A stretch of DNA of 64,000 nucleotides from Mustelus asterias (Eukaryota): contig NW_027590155.1 in NCBI RefSeq assembly GCF_964213995.1, positions 434,001 through 498,000 on the forward strand, written 5' to 3'. Positions 34,926 to 46,649 of this stretch are shown here, one piece after another; position 1 is the first letter of the stretch, and each line of letters starts with the position of its first letter. A program made the position numbers and the translations under genes. Under the pieces are notes generated by a model. It worked only from the letters and a program-made list of their open reading frames with translations, had not been told where the DNA came from and did not search any database.

Positions 34926-37900
34926 TATAGTATAGGTTGTACAATGTCGGTAATATGATTAATCAAGATCAGGTGTATCATAAGGGTGTTCAGACCTTGT
35001 GTGGTATAAACAGTGATACGGGCTGCTGAACATGGATCGCAGTGGTTCAAGGTGGCAGCTCATCACCACTTTGTCAGGGGCAATTAGGGAAGGGCAACAG
35101 ATGCCAGTGATGCCCAAATCCCATAAATGATTAAAACTTATTCAGGAACAACAGAGACAGAATCTAATCTAATATAGACAGATATGCTAGCGCAATGATG
35201 ACATAAACTGACCGGGGGAGAATCATGTAAACCAATGTATGGGATATATAGAATAGGAGAGACAGAACATGATATGACATTTAAATAAACATTTTTGTGC
35301 GTGTGATCATTCTCGAAAAAAGTAATTTGTCCAATGATAACCGGCAGGTGTCAAATGAAACAAAATCAGATATAGGTTGTAATTCACAACTGATTGGCTA
35401 ACGGTTTCCAGAAATAATCATGGAGAATTAGAATATTATAATTTGAATGACCGGCTCCAGTGTATCACTAACAGAGACAGCTGGGCCCGGAGTCGGACTG
35501 GGAACTGATATAAGTAAGCAATCAGTTCTAGGGCCTTAGCGCAGGTTTCTTTGTCATGACGAGTCTCGTAGGGATTTGTGTGGCAAACACGGATTGAAAA
35601 CCCGATGACGACCGCAGGAGTGACTGACTCTACCTGACTAAGAGCTGTTATTCCCAAGGGGGACAATCGTGGCGGGCTCCATAAATTTCTGTTATCTGAG
35701 GTAACAATGGTGAATCTGTCAGAGGAACAGAAAATAATCTGTTTCTTCTCTTTCCTACAAACAGTTCCACATTTACAGACAGAATTAGGACATATGATGA
35801 CTGAAAAGTCTAAATATGAAAACTTCATCGGAGGAAAAAAGAACAGTGCAATAAATATTAAGGGTAATTGTGCTTTTCCTAAACAATCGATCCAATGCTA
35901 ATTTGTTCAAAGTGATACTCTTATCTTAACACAAGACGACAACTGTATAAATATTGCGTTCTATTGAGTCTCAATGAAGGGCAGGGAGAGACACAAAAAG
36001 GATGCGAGGACAATTATATAGATGAACCATCAAACTGCTCCCATTCTTGAAAACCCTTCAAATTTTAACCCCATGAAGGATATATCTTATTTATTTTCTA
36101 AAGTTACTGTGAAATCTGATTCGATCACCCTTTCAAGCTCTTTATTCCAGTTCATAACAACGTCTGTGTAAAAATAAACGATTATATTTCTGTCTCCCTG
36201 CTCAATAAAATAAATTTGTGCCCATTGGTTGCTGACCGTCCTCCCAGTTGAAACATTCTCTCTTTAATTACCCCACTCACAACTTCATGATTATGAACAC
36301 TAATAAAAGTGTTCAAAAGATAGGAGACAGACAGAGATACCGGGAGAGTTAGCAGAAAGAAAAACGGGGTGCTGACAGATAAGGAACAAAAAATAAAAAG
36401 CAGATGGAGAGAAAATGATCAAACACTGCAAGATAACAGCTATCATTCCCTTCCGTCACGGAACCCGGGGGAGCTCAGTGGCTAATCCACTGACCATCGA
36501 GTTATGTCCGGGAATGGAAACTCTAAGCAGATCACACCAGGCTCATTTGTAAATGTCACCGCAATGTGATCTGTGTGACTCTGCCCTGACTCTGTGGACA
36601 GATATAGGCCGCACTGACAGATGTTCTCACCAGATTGTGGTCCATGGATTTATTTTCTGCTCAGAAGTGAGATGTGCGGTTTGGAACCGGCAGCAAGAAA
36701 CAGGAAGTTGTGTTACCTGAGAATGAAACAACCGAGGCCAGTTTGATGTTATCACCGTAAACATTCTTCCTGACTGTGAGAGTGAACTCACTCTGACAGC
36801 ATCAAGAACAACCACACAGATTGCTGCCAGTCTCAGTATTACATTCACTTCTATTCCCAGTTTAATGAATCAAGAAAATGATCATATTTGGGGTTTAAAT
36901 AGATTAATTGAAGTGAAGATGGACCGAAGGCTATCACTGAGGGAAAAGAGGGAAAATTAAAGCAGCATTTTTTTCCCCGCAGAGGTATTCCATATAAGAA
37001 AGTTTAAGTGTGTTAGGTGTTGTGTGAGAGAAATCGAGGAGAAAGGTTAAGTGAGTGAACTGGTTTGTTTCCGACACTGAATTTTCCGCTGATGAGATTT
37101 TTGTACTTTATCTTTTCAGATACAAGGTGCCTTAAACAACAAAAAAAATATTTTTTTTAACTCGTAGCCAGATCCGTCTCCTGGATACCTGTGTAAGCGA
37201 GTTAATGGAGACTGAGAGAGAGAAGGTAGGTTATCTGATTTAGGTGCAGCCTGAGGCTGAGAAAGAGAGGAGAGAAGTTCAGTGAGTCATTTGAAAGATG
37301 CATTGCGTTGGCAGCGAAATGGCCAGCTGTGCATCACATTCAAGAGCGTCCAGGGCAATTCATTAACTTTAGGTATTGACTGAGGCATAGAATGTGTAAG
37401 TGAATACTGAATAAATTACCGTATCATGTTTAAAGGTAATAGCAATTATTTAGCCAGTGGTTAGCACTGGTACCTCACACTGTTACGGGCACAGGTTCCA
37501 TTTCGGCCTTGTGTAAATGTGTGGTGTTTGCACATTCACCCCGTGTGTGCCTGGGTTTCCTCCAGGTTAACTGCTTTCCTCCTACAGTCTAAAGATGTAC
37601 AGGTTAGTTGAAGTGGCCATGCTGAATAGCCCTTTAGTGTCCATTTGCTCTGCAACGTGGCGTGCGTTTATTAATCTCTTCTGAACAAGAGGATGTTACA
37701 AGTTGCATCCCAAACTTTCAACAAAATATTGCAGACAATACGAGAGCAATTAAATATTACACGCAACACCTAATAGTTATTAACAAGACGAAACGCATTC
37801 TTCGAACCCCTTTCATCGACCGAAATATATTACGTTTTTTAAGCTAATATCCATCTTTTCTCGCTCGCCCCTTCTTTCTTTCCATCTGTCAGACGCATTT

Positions 37901-38136
37901 TATAGAAAACCAATTGCTGAGACAGTGTCTGCTTTATATATAAGACAAAGTGAGGCACGGATGGTTCAGTAGTGCACGACATAGAGCCTAGCGCAATAAT
38001 ATCTGAGATGGAGCCGAGTGTAACAGAAATGGCCTCTTGACTGAACAAAAACTCAGAAATAATGACTTGTAGCATTGTCGTGATGTAATAATAAATGAAG
38101 CGGCATATTATGTAAAGTAAAGTAATAGCAGCATTT

Positions 38137-38209
38137 GGCTCCATGGCTCAGTGGTTTAAGCACTGGCTTTGTAAACCAGGGGTCGCGAGTTCAATTCTCA
38201 CTGGAATCT
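38137..38209 (+). tRNA. TRT-TGT: tRNA-Thr(TGT), diverged, possibly pseudogene
   Basis: GGCTCCATGGCTCAGTGGTTTAAGCACTGGCTTTGTAAACCAGGGGTCGCGAGTTCAATTCTCACTGGAATCT; mismatches in the acceptor, D and T stems. Confidence 0.82.
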
Positions 38210-38307
38210 GAAAACAAAATCTAGCTCATAGAAGCTGCACGGAAGAGACTGGGAGACGAAGCAGAGAGCTTTGATCAGTGGAGAGAATAGATCGGATGTC
38301 ATTTTAG

Positions 38308-38640
38308 TGCGGCACGGTAGCACAGTGGTTAGCACTGCTGCTTCACAGCTCCAGGGATCTGGGTTCGATTGCCGGCTTGGGTTACTGTCTGTGTGGAGTT
38401 TGCACATTCTCCTCGTGTCTGCATGGGTTTCCTCCGGGTGCTCCGGTTTCCTCCCACAGTCCAAAGATGTGCGGGTTAGATTGATTGGCCATGCTAAAAT
38501 TGCCCCTTAATGTCCTGAGATGCGGAGGTTAGAGGGATTAGCGGGTAATTATGGGGGTAAGGCCTGGGTGGGATTGTGGTCGGTGCAGCCTCGCTGGGCC
38601 AAATGGCCTCTTTCTGCACTGTAGGGTTTCTATGATTCTA
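38308..38640 (+). mobile_element. HE1/V-SINE, full length
   Basis: Near-identical to the reverse complement of 17752-18098. Confidence 0.92.
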
Positions 38641-39599
38641 ATGTAAACAGACACCAAGATCTATTGCAAATGCTCACATGCAGCATATAAATAGGCATGG
38701 CCTAGTGCATTACTGTACATGACTGCGCCAAATGTGGGTGACAGAGAGGGAAGGAGAGAGAGACACACAAGGAGAGAGAGAGACACACAAGGAGAGAGAG
38801 AGAGATGCACATTAATACCACTCCATTTATGATGAATGATCTGCTCAGTGTTTCAGCATTTTTTTTTCAGACCCATGCATCGGCAATATCTTCCTGATGA
38901 GCAACGAGATATTTAATCAGGTTACTGACAGGATGGCCAATAAAAGTGATAGTTTTATGGATTGATTTAGACGAGGAATATGAAGTTACGAGATTTAGGG
39001 AGGGAATAACAGAGCTTAGGGCCTCGACAGATGAACACATCCCAAACTGAAAAATAATTTTGAAGATAACAATACGAATTGCAGAAAATATATGTTTTTA
39101 ATTCTATTCAAACATAACGTACCAGTCAACACTTGTTCTGTGGCCATTTCGGTTTGTTTCTCTCTGAAACAGATGAGCAAATAATAAATGGACAGATATT
39201 TAGCCTGTGGGAGCCCATCTGGCGATATTGTGAGGACACAATTCTGTCTCTCACTGTCAGTATATCAGTTGAATGGTATAAATAAAATAAGATAGGCGAA
39301 CAATTTTTATCGCCAAACTCTGTGGCATATTGACTCAGTGCAACACAATATTCAACTAATAAAATGTATCACAACAGAGGTTGCTTGAAGTTATTGCAAC
39401 GAGCACCGAACGATTGTTCAGAAATTGACTTGTCCCCAATGCCGGTTAATCACTGAGAAATTGTTATGACGTTCACGCTAAATATTACCCACATGATAGC
39501 AGAGCAATTAGACGTTTCTCACAGCTATTTATATATATCAGCAAAAAAATAAACTGACTCTTCGAAACAAGAATGATTGGTACCGGACAGGCAAACCCA

Positions 39600-39900
39600 T
39601 ATTATATCGTGATTGATCATATCTCGACAGGCAACATATTCATGGTCGTATGTTGGATTAACAGAGACAGGTTCTGATGTAATGTAAAGAGACAAATCCT
39701 GTTTAATATAAAAAGAGATGGGATCTGATGTAATATAATCAGATCCGTGGTCTATTCTAGTAATAATTGACAGGACCAAATCTAGCATAAATAGAGAGAT
39801 GGCCTAGTGTAGCAAAACGAGAGAAATGACCGAATGTAACGTGAAGAGAGACAGGGTCTACTGTCATTCAATTAAAGACTGGGTCCAGTACAGCACAAAT
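39600..39900 (-). repeat. 27-bp minisatellite block; 39640-39840 is duplicated at 44522-44730
   Basis: acagagacagg..tgatgtaatataa units; the same ~200 bp is recognisable at both sites. Confidence 0.65.
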
Positions 39901-40029
39901 AGCAGTATGGTCTTGTATAAAGCAGTGCCTTCTGTGTATTGGCCTCTTTCCAGTGGGTAACAGTTTCTTCCTAATGAGTAAAACATTCCCATTCATAACT
40001 TTGAACTTCTGTACTAAATCTCCAATAAA

Positions 40030-43000
40030 GATTGGGATCAAAGGTGAACACGGGATCAAAGGTGAACTAGCTAGATGGGTACAGAAATGGCTTGGCCATA
40101 GAAGACAGAGGGTAGCAGTGAAGGGGTCTTTTTCTGATTGGAGGTCTGTGACTAGTGGTGTTCCGCAGGGCTCTGTACTGGGACCTCTGCTGTTTGTGAT
40201 ATATATAAATGACTTGGAAGAAGATGTAGCTGGTCTGATTAGTAAGTTTGCGGACGACACAAAGATTGCTGGAGTTGCGGACAGTGATGAACATTGTCAG
40301 AGAATATAGCAGGATATAGATAGGCTGGAAAATTGGGCGGAGAAATGGCAGATGGAATTTAATCCAGATAAATGTGAAGTGATTCATTTCGGTAGATCTA
40401 ATGCTGGGGGGAGCTATACAATAAATGGCAGAACCATCAGGAGTATAGACACACAAAGGGATCTGGGTGTGCAAGTCCACAGATCCTTAAAGGTGGCAGC
40501 ACAGGTGGAAAAGGTGGCGAAGAAGGCATATGGCATGCTTGTCTTTATTGGACGGGGCATAGAGTACAGAAGTTGGCATATGATGCTGCAGTTAAATAGA
40601 ACGTTGGTTGGGCCACATTTGGAATTCTGCGTCCAGTTCTGGGCGCCACACTATCAGAAGGACAAGATGTTGCCTGGTATGGAGGGTATTAAACAAATAA
40701 CAGATGCATGTAAAAATGGAACAGCAATAATCATGGGGGATTTTAACCTCCATATTGATTGGTTAACTCAAGTCGGACGCGGTTCTTAGAATGCTGTCGC
40801 GATAGTTTCCTCGAACAGTATGTTACAGAACCTATGAGGGAGCAAGCTATCTTGGACCTGGGGTGGAGGGTGATGCATGCAGCAGTGCCGCACAACCGTA
40901 GGATTCACTGGTTCACGGGATCCGAAGGCTGCCCTTTCTGTGGCCTTGTGGAGTCCGTGGACCATGTCTATGTTGTGTGTCTTCGGCTGCACTCCCTTTA
41001 TGTTTTCCTAAAGAACCTTTTATTGATGTTCTGTTTGCACTTCAGTCCCACACTCCTGATCTACGGACACCCGGTGCGGAGAGGGGAGGGTCGGGATGGC
41101 GACCTCCTCGTGAACCTGCTCCTGGGCCTGGCGGAACGCGCCATTTATCGGTCCAGGCAACGGGCGATCGAGGGGGCCGTCCATCCTGACTGTCTTCCCC
41201 TCTACCGTGGCTACGTTCGCGGCCGGGTATCCCTGGAGAGGGAGCATGCGGTGTCCACGGGTGTCCACGGGCATGGTTGACGCCTTCCGCGCCCGCTGGA
41301 CACCGCAGGGGTTGGGGTGCGTTATCGACCCTAATAATCACATTTTAATTTGATGTTTTTAAGTTTCCTTTGTACTTGGATTTCTGTTCTGGCTGTTCCT
41401 CGCCCCCCCCCCCCCTTTTGGGGAGCTGCCCCTGTTACTTTGTCCTGACTTAATCTAAGTTTGTTTATTTGGTTTGACCTAAAAAGAGGGCAAGCTATCT
41501 TGGATCTGGTCCTGTGTAATGAGACAGGTAAAATTAATGATCTCCTTGTGAGGGATCCTCTTGGAATGAGTGATCACAATATGGTTGAATTTCTAATACA
41601 GATGGAGGGTGAGAAAGTAGCGTCCCAAACCAGTGTCCTCTGCTTGAACAAGGGGGATTACAAAAGGATGAGGGCGGAGTTGGCTAATGTAGCCTGGGAA
41701 AACAGACTAATTGGAGGGACAGTTGAGGAACAGTGGAGGATGTTTACGGAGATTTTTCTCAGGACTCAGCAAAAATATATTCCAGTGAAAAAGAAGGAAT
41801 GTAAGAAAAGGGATAACCAGCCATGGATAACCAAGGAAATAAAGGAGAGTATCAAATTAAAAACAAATGCATACAGAGAGGCCAAAATTAGTGGCGAACT
41901 AGAAAATTGGGAAAGCTTTAAAAAACAGCAAAAAGCTACGAAGAAAGCAATAAAGAAAGGAAAGATAGATTATGAAAGTAAACTAGCACAAAATATAAAA
42001 ACTGATAGTAAAAGTTTTTACAAACATATAAAACGGAAAAGAATGGCGAAAGTGTTGGTCCCTTAGAAGATGAGAAGGGGGATTTAATAATAGGAAACGA
42101 GGAAATGGCCGAGGCCTTAAACAAGGTTTTTGTGTCGGTCTTCACAGTGGAGGACACAAATAGCTTACCAATAATTGACGGTCATGGGACTGGAGGGTGT
42201 AAGGACCTTAAAACGATCACTATTACTAAAGAGGTCGTGCTGGGTCGGCTAATGGGGCTAAAGGTACACAAGTCCCCTGGTCCAGATGGAATGCATCCCA
42301 GGGTGCTAAAAGAAACGGCAGAAGAAATAGCAAATGCGTTAGTTGTAAGTTATCAAAATTCACTGGACTCTGGGGAGGTGCCAGCTGATTGGAAAACAGC
42401 TAATGCACCGCCACTGTTTAAAAAAGGAGGTAGACAAAAGACAGGTAACTACAGGCTGGTTAGCTTAACATCCGGAGTTGGGAAAATGCTGGAATCTATC
42501 ATTAAGGAAGAAATAGCAGGACAACTGGAAAAAAATGGTTTAATCAAGCAGACGCAGCATGGATTCATGAAGGGAAAGTCATGTTTGACTACTTTACTGG
42601 AATTTGTTGAGGATATAATGAGTGCGGTTGACAGAGGGGAACCGGTGGATGTGGTGTATTTAGATTTCCAGAAGGCATTCGATAAGGTGCCTCACAAAAG
42701 GTTGCTGCGTAATATAAAGGTACACGGAGTTGGGGGTAAAGTATTAGTGTGGATTGAGGATTGGCTATCTAACAGAAAGCAGAGAGTCAGAATAAATTGG
42801 TGCTTTTCCGGTTGGCAATCAGTGACTAGTGGCGTGCCGCACGGATTGGTGCTGGGGCCTCAACTATTTACCATATACATAGACGATCTGGAGGAGGGGA
42901 CCGAGTGTAGGGTAACAAAGTTTGTGGATGACACAAAGATGAGTGGGAAAGCAAATTGCGTGGAGGACACAGAGAGTCTGCAGAGAGATTTGGATAGGTT

Positions 43001-44287
43001 AAGTGAGTGGGCAAGGATCTGGCAGATGGAGTATAACGTTGGTAAGTGTGAGGTTATCCACTTTGGAAGGAATAATAGTAAAATTGACTATTATTTAAAC
43101 GGTGAAAAATTACAACATGGTACTGTGCAGAGGGACCTGGGGTTCTTGTGCATGAATCACAAAAACTCAGTTTACAGGTGCAGCAGGTAATCAAAAAGGC
43201 AAATGGAATGTTGGCCTTTATCGCGAGAGGGATGGAGTATAAAAGCAGGGAGGTCGTGCTGCAGCTGTAGCGGGTACTGGTGAGGCCGCACCTAGAATAC
43301 TGTGTACAACTTTCGTCCCCTTAGTTAAGAAATGATATAATAGCTTTGGCGGGGGTACAGAGAAGGTTCACCAGGTTGATTCTGGAGATGAGGGGGTTAG
43401 CTTATGAAGAGAGATTGAGTAGACTGGGCCTGTACTCATTGGAGTTTAGAAGGTTGAGGGGAGATCTTATAGAGACATATAAGATAATGAAGGGGCGAGA
43501 CAGGGTAGAAGCAGCGAGGTTATTTCCACTTATTAAGGAAACAAGAACTAGGGGGCATAGCCTCAAAATACGGGGGAGTCAATTTAGAACAGAGTTGAGG
43601 AGGAACTTCTTCTCCCAGAGGGTAGTGAATCTTTGGAATTCTCTGCCCAATGAAGCAGTAGAGGCTACCTCGTTAAATGTGTTTAAGTCACAGATAGATA
43701 GATTTTTAACCATTAAGGGAATTAAGGGTTATGGGGAGCGGGCGGGTAAGTGGAACTGAACCCACTATCAGATCAGCCATGATCTTATTGAATGGCGGAG
43801 CAGGCTTGAGGGGCTAGATGGCCTACTCCTACTCCTATTTCTTATGTTCTTATGTAGCTATGAGGTGAGGTTGAGTAAACTAGGGTTGTTCTCCCTGGAA
43901 AGACGGAGGTTGAAGGGCGACCTAATAGAAGTTTATAAAATTATGAAGGGCATAGATAGGGTGAACAGTTGGAAGCTTTTTCCCAGGTCAGAAATGACAA
44001 ACACAAGGGGTCACAAGTTCAAGGTAAGGGGACAAGGTTCAATACAGATATGCAGGGGACGTTTTTTACACAGAGGGTGGTGGGGCCTGGGATGCACTAC
44101 CAAGCAAAGTGGTTGAGACAGACACGCTAGGATCATTTCAGACTTATCTAGATAGCCACATGAACAGACGGGGAATAGAGGGATACAAACGGATGGTCTA
44201 GTTAGGAACACATGATCGGTGCAGACTTGGAGGGCCGAAGGGCCTGTTCCTATGCTGTATTGTTCTTTGTTCTTTATTTGTTCTTTG
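40030..44287 (+). mobile_element. Nested CR1s: host CR1 (40030-40692 + 43856-44287) split by a second CR1 (40693-43855)
   Basis: Host reads ...MLPGMEGI|SYEVRLSKLGLFSLE across the insertion; the inner copy has EN (IIMGDFN, ILDLV) and RT ORFs 42105-43190 and 43346-43759. Confidence 0.9.
40857..41489 (+). mobile_element. Tx1/L1-clade LINE 3' fragment with 15-bp TSD
   Basis: WRVMH...CPFCGLVESVDHVYVVC zinc-knuckle region; flanked by gcaagctatcttgga at 40842-40856 and 41490-41504. Confidence 0.85.
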
Positions 44288-44694
44288 TAAACTGCTCAGC
44301 TCTAAGGGAACCAAACTCAGCTTTCAGCTGTTCTGATAGTGCAGTTCATGCATGATTAACGTCAAGATCGATAAGACTTTCTACCTCGCGTGCTTCCTGG
44401 TGTCATTTTAGGAATTGATGGAACTTTTGGATGGATTCCCATTAATCATTGTCATTATGACAGCATAAGATTCCAGGCTGGGAGAAGACTTGCTTCTGAC
44501 AATTAAATGCCAACAACATATACATAGTCGTATGTTGAATTAACAGAGACAGTCTCTGATGTAATGTAAAGAGAAAAATTCTGTGTAATATAGAAAGAGA
44601 TGGGATCAGATGTAATAGAAACAGATCCGTGGTCTACTCTCGTACTAATTGAGAGGACCTAATGCAGCATAAATAGAGGGATGGCCTCATAACG

Positions 44695-44774
44695 AGTGTA
44701 GTATAACGAGAGAAATGACCGAATGCAGCATAAATTCATACTACATTCGGTCATTTCTCTCGTTATGCTACACT
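44695..44774. repeat. Foldback inverted repeat (37-bp arms, 6-nt loop)
   Basis: agtgtagtataacgagagaaatgaccgaatgcagcat / atactacattcggtcatttctctcgttatgctacact, 3 mismatches. Confidence 0.85.
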
Positions 44775-45249
44775 AGGCCATTACAAATTCCAAATTCCAA
44801 ATTTGGAAATTTCAAATTCCAAACCACAAATTCATTACAAATGAATTTATTCTATAAATGTAACCTACGTGTCTGCGTGGGTTTCCTCCGGTTACTCCAT
44901 TTTCCTCCCACATTCGGAAATACGCGCTGTTTAGGTGCATTGACCCGAACAGCCGCTGGACTGTGGTGACGAGAGAAATTTCACAGTAACGTAATTGCAG
45001 TGTTAATGTAAGCCTTACTTGTGACTAAGAAATAAACTTTGTATAGTGTACTATTGGACACAGATTTCAGACTGTGTGCACACTGAGCTAAATGCCATCA
45101 TGTCAAAACACAAATTATGACACTAATCTCAGTGGAATCCGCATAAGTTTTGAGTCAAACGGTAATGTGTTCAATTCCCACAACAGAAACCTGAGCTCGT
45201 GATCCAATCTGTGACCCAGTGCTGAATATTCAGTTTTCCATTATTAGAT

Positions 45250-46343
45250 AGAACAAAGAACAACGAACAATACAGCACAGGAACAGGCCCTTCGGCCCTC
45301 CAAGCCCGTGCCGCTCCCTGGTCCAAACTAGACAATTCTTTTGTATCCCTCCATTCCCACTCCGTTCATATGGCTGTCTAGATAAGTCTTAAACGTTCCC
45401 AGTGTGTTCGCCTCCACCACCTTGCCTGGCAGCGCATTCCAGGCCCCCACCACCCTCTGTGTAAAATATGTCCTTCTGATATCTGTGTTAAACCTCCCCC
45501 CACCCCCCCCCCCTTCACCTTGAACCTATGACCCCTCGTGAACGTCACCACCGACCTGGGGAAAAGCTTCCCAGCGTTCACCCTATCTATGCCTTTCATA
45601 ATTTAATACACCTCTATTAAGTCTCCCCTCATCCTCCGTCTTTCCAGGGAGAACAACCCCAGTTTACCCAATCTCTCCTCATAACTAAGCCCCTCCATAC
45701 CAGGCAACATCCTGGTAAGCCTCCTCTGTACTCTCTCCAAAGCCTCCACGTCCTTCTGGTAGTGTGGCGACCAGAACTGGACGCAGTATTCCAGATGCGG
45801 CCGAACCAACGTTCTATACATCTGCAACATCAGACCCCAACTTCTATACTCTATGCCCCGTCCTATAAAGGCAAGCATGCCATATGCCATCTTCACCACC
45901 CTTTCCACCTGTGACGTCACCTTCAAGGATCTGTGGACTTGCACACCCATGTCCCTCTGCGTATCTACACCCTTTATGGTTCTGCCATTTATCGTATAGC
46001 TCCTCCCTACATTATTTCTACCAAAATGCATCACTTCGCATTCATCAGGATTGAACTCCATCTGCCATTTCTTTGCCCAAATTTCCAGCCTATCTATATC
46101 CTGCTGTAGCTTCTGACAATGCTCCTCACTATCTGCAAGTCCTGCCAATTTTGTGTCGTCCGCAAACTTACTGATCACCCCAGTTACACCTTCTTCCAGA
46201 TCGTTTATATAAATCACAAACAGCAGAGGTCCCAATACAGAGCCCTGCGGAACACCACTAGTCACAGGCCTCCAGCCAGAAAAAGACCCTTCCACTACCA
46301 TCGTCTGTCTTCTGTGACCAAGCCAGTTCTCCACCCATCTAGC
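45250..46343 (-). mobile_element. Young CR1 3' fragment (same subfamily as 22120-25025)
   Basis: ORF 45603-46334 is almost identical to the C-terminal part of the 761-aa ORF. Confidence 0.95.
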
Positions 46344-46649
46344 CCATCTAGATGTGATGATATTTCAGTCTAAGGGGTAGTACAGCAATATCGTTATTAA
46401 GCGAGCATTCCAAAAGCTTGAAGTAATGGTCTGGGGACAGGAGTTCCAATTCCAACCTGGCAGCTGAGGAATTTCAATTCACTTAATTGATTATGCTGAA
46501 ACAAACATCATGTATATTTAAAGTTTAAAGGTTTAAAGTGTATTTATTCGTCACAAGTACGCTTACATTCAAAATGTAATGAAGTTACTGTGAAAATCTT
46601 ATGTCGTCAAAGCTCATCTTCTTCTCGAATGTCGTTCAGGAGAGGAAAT

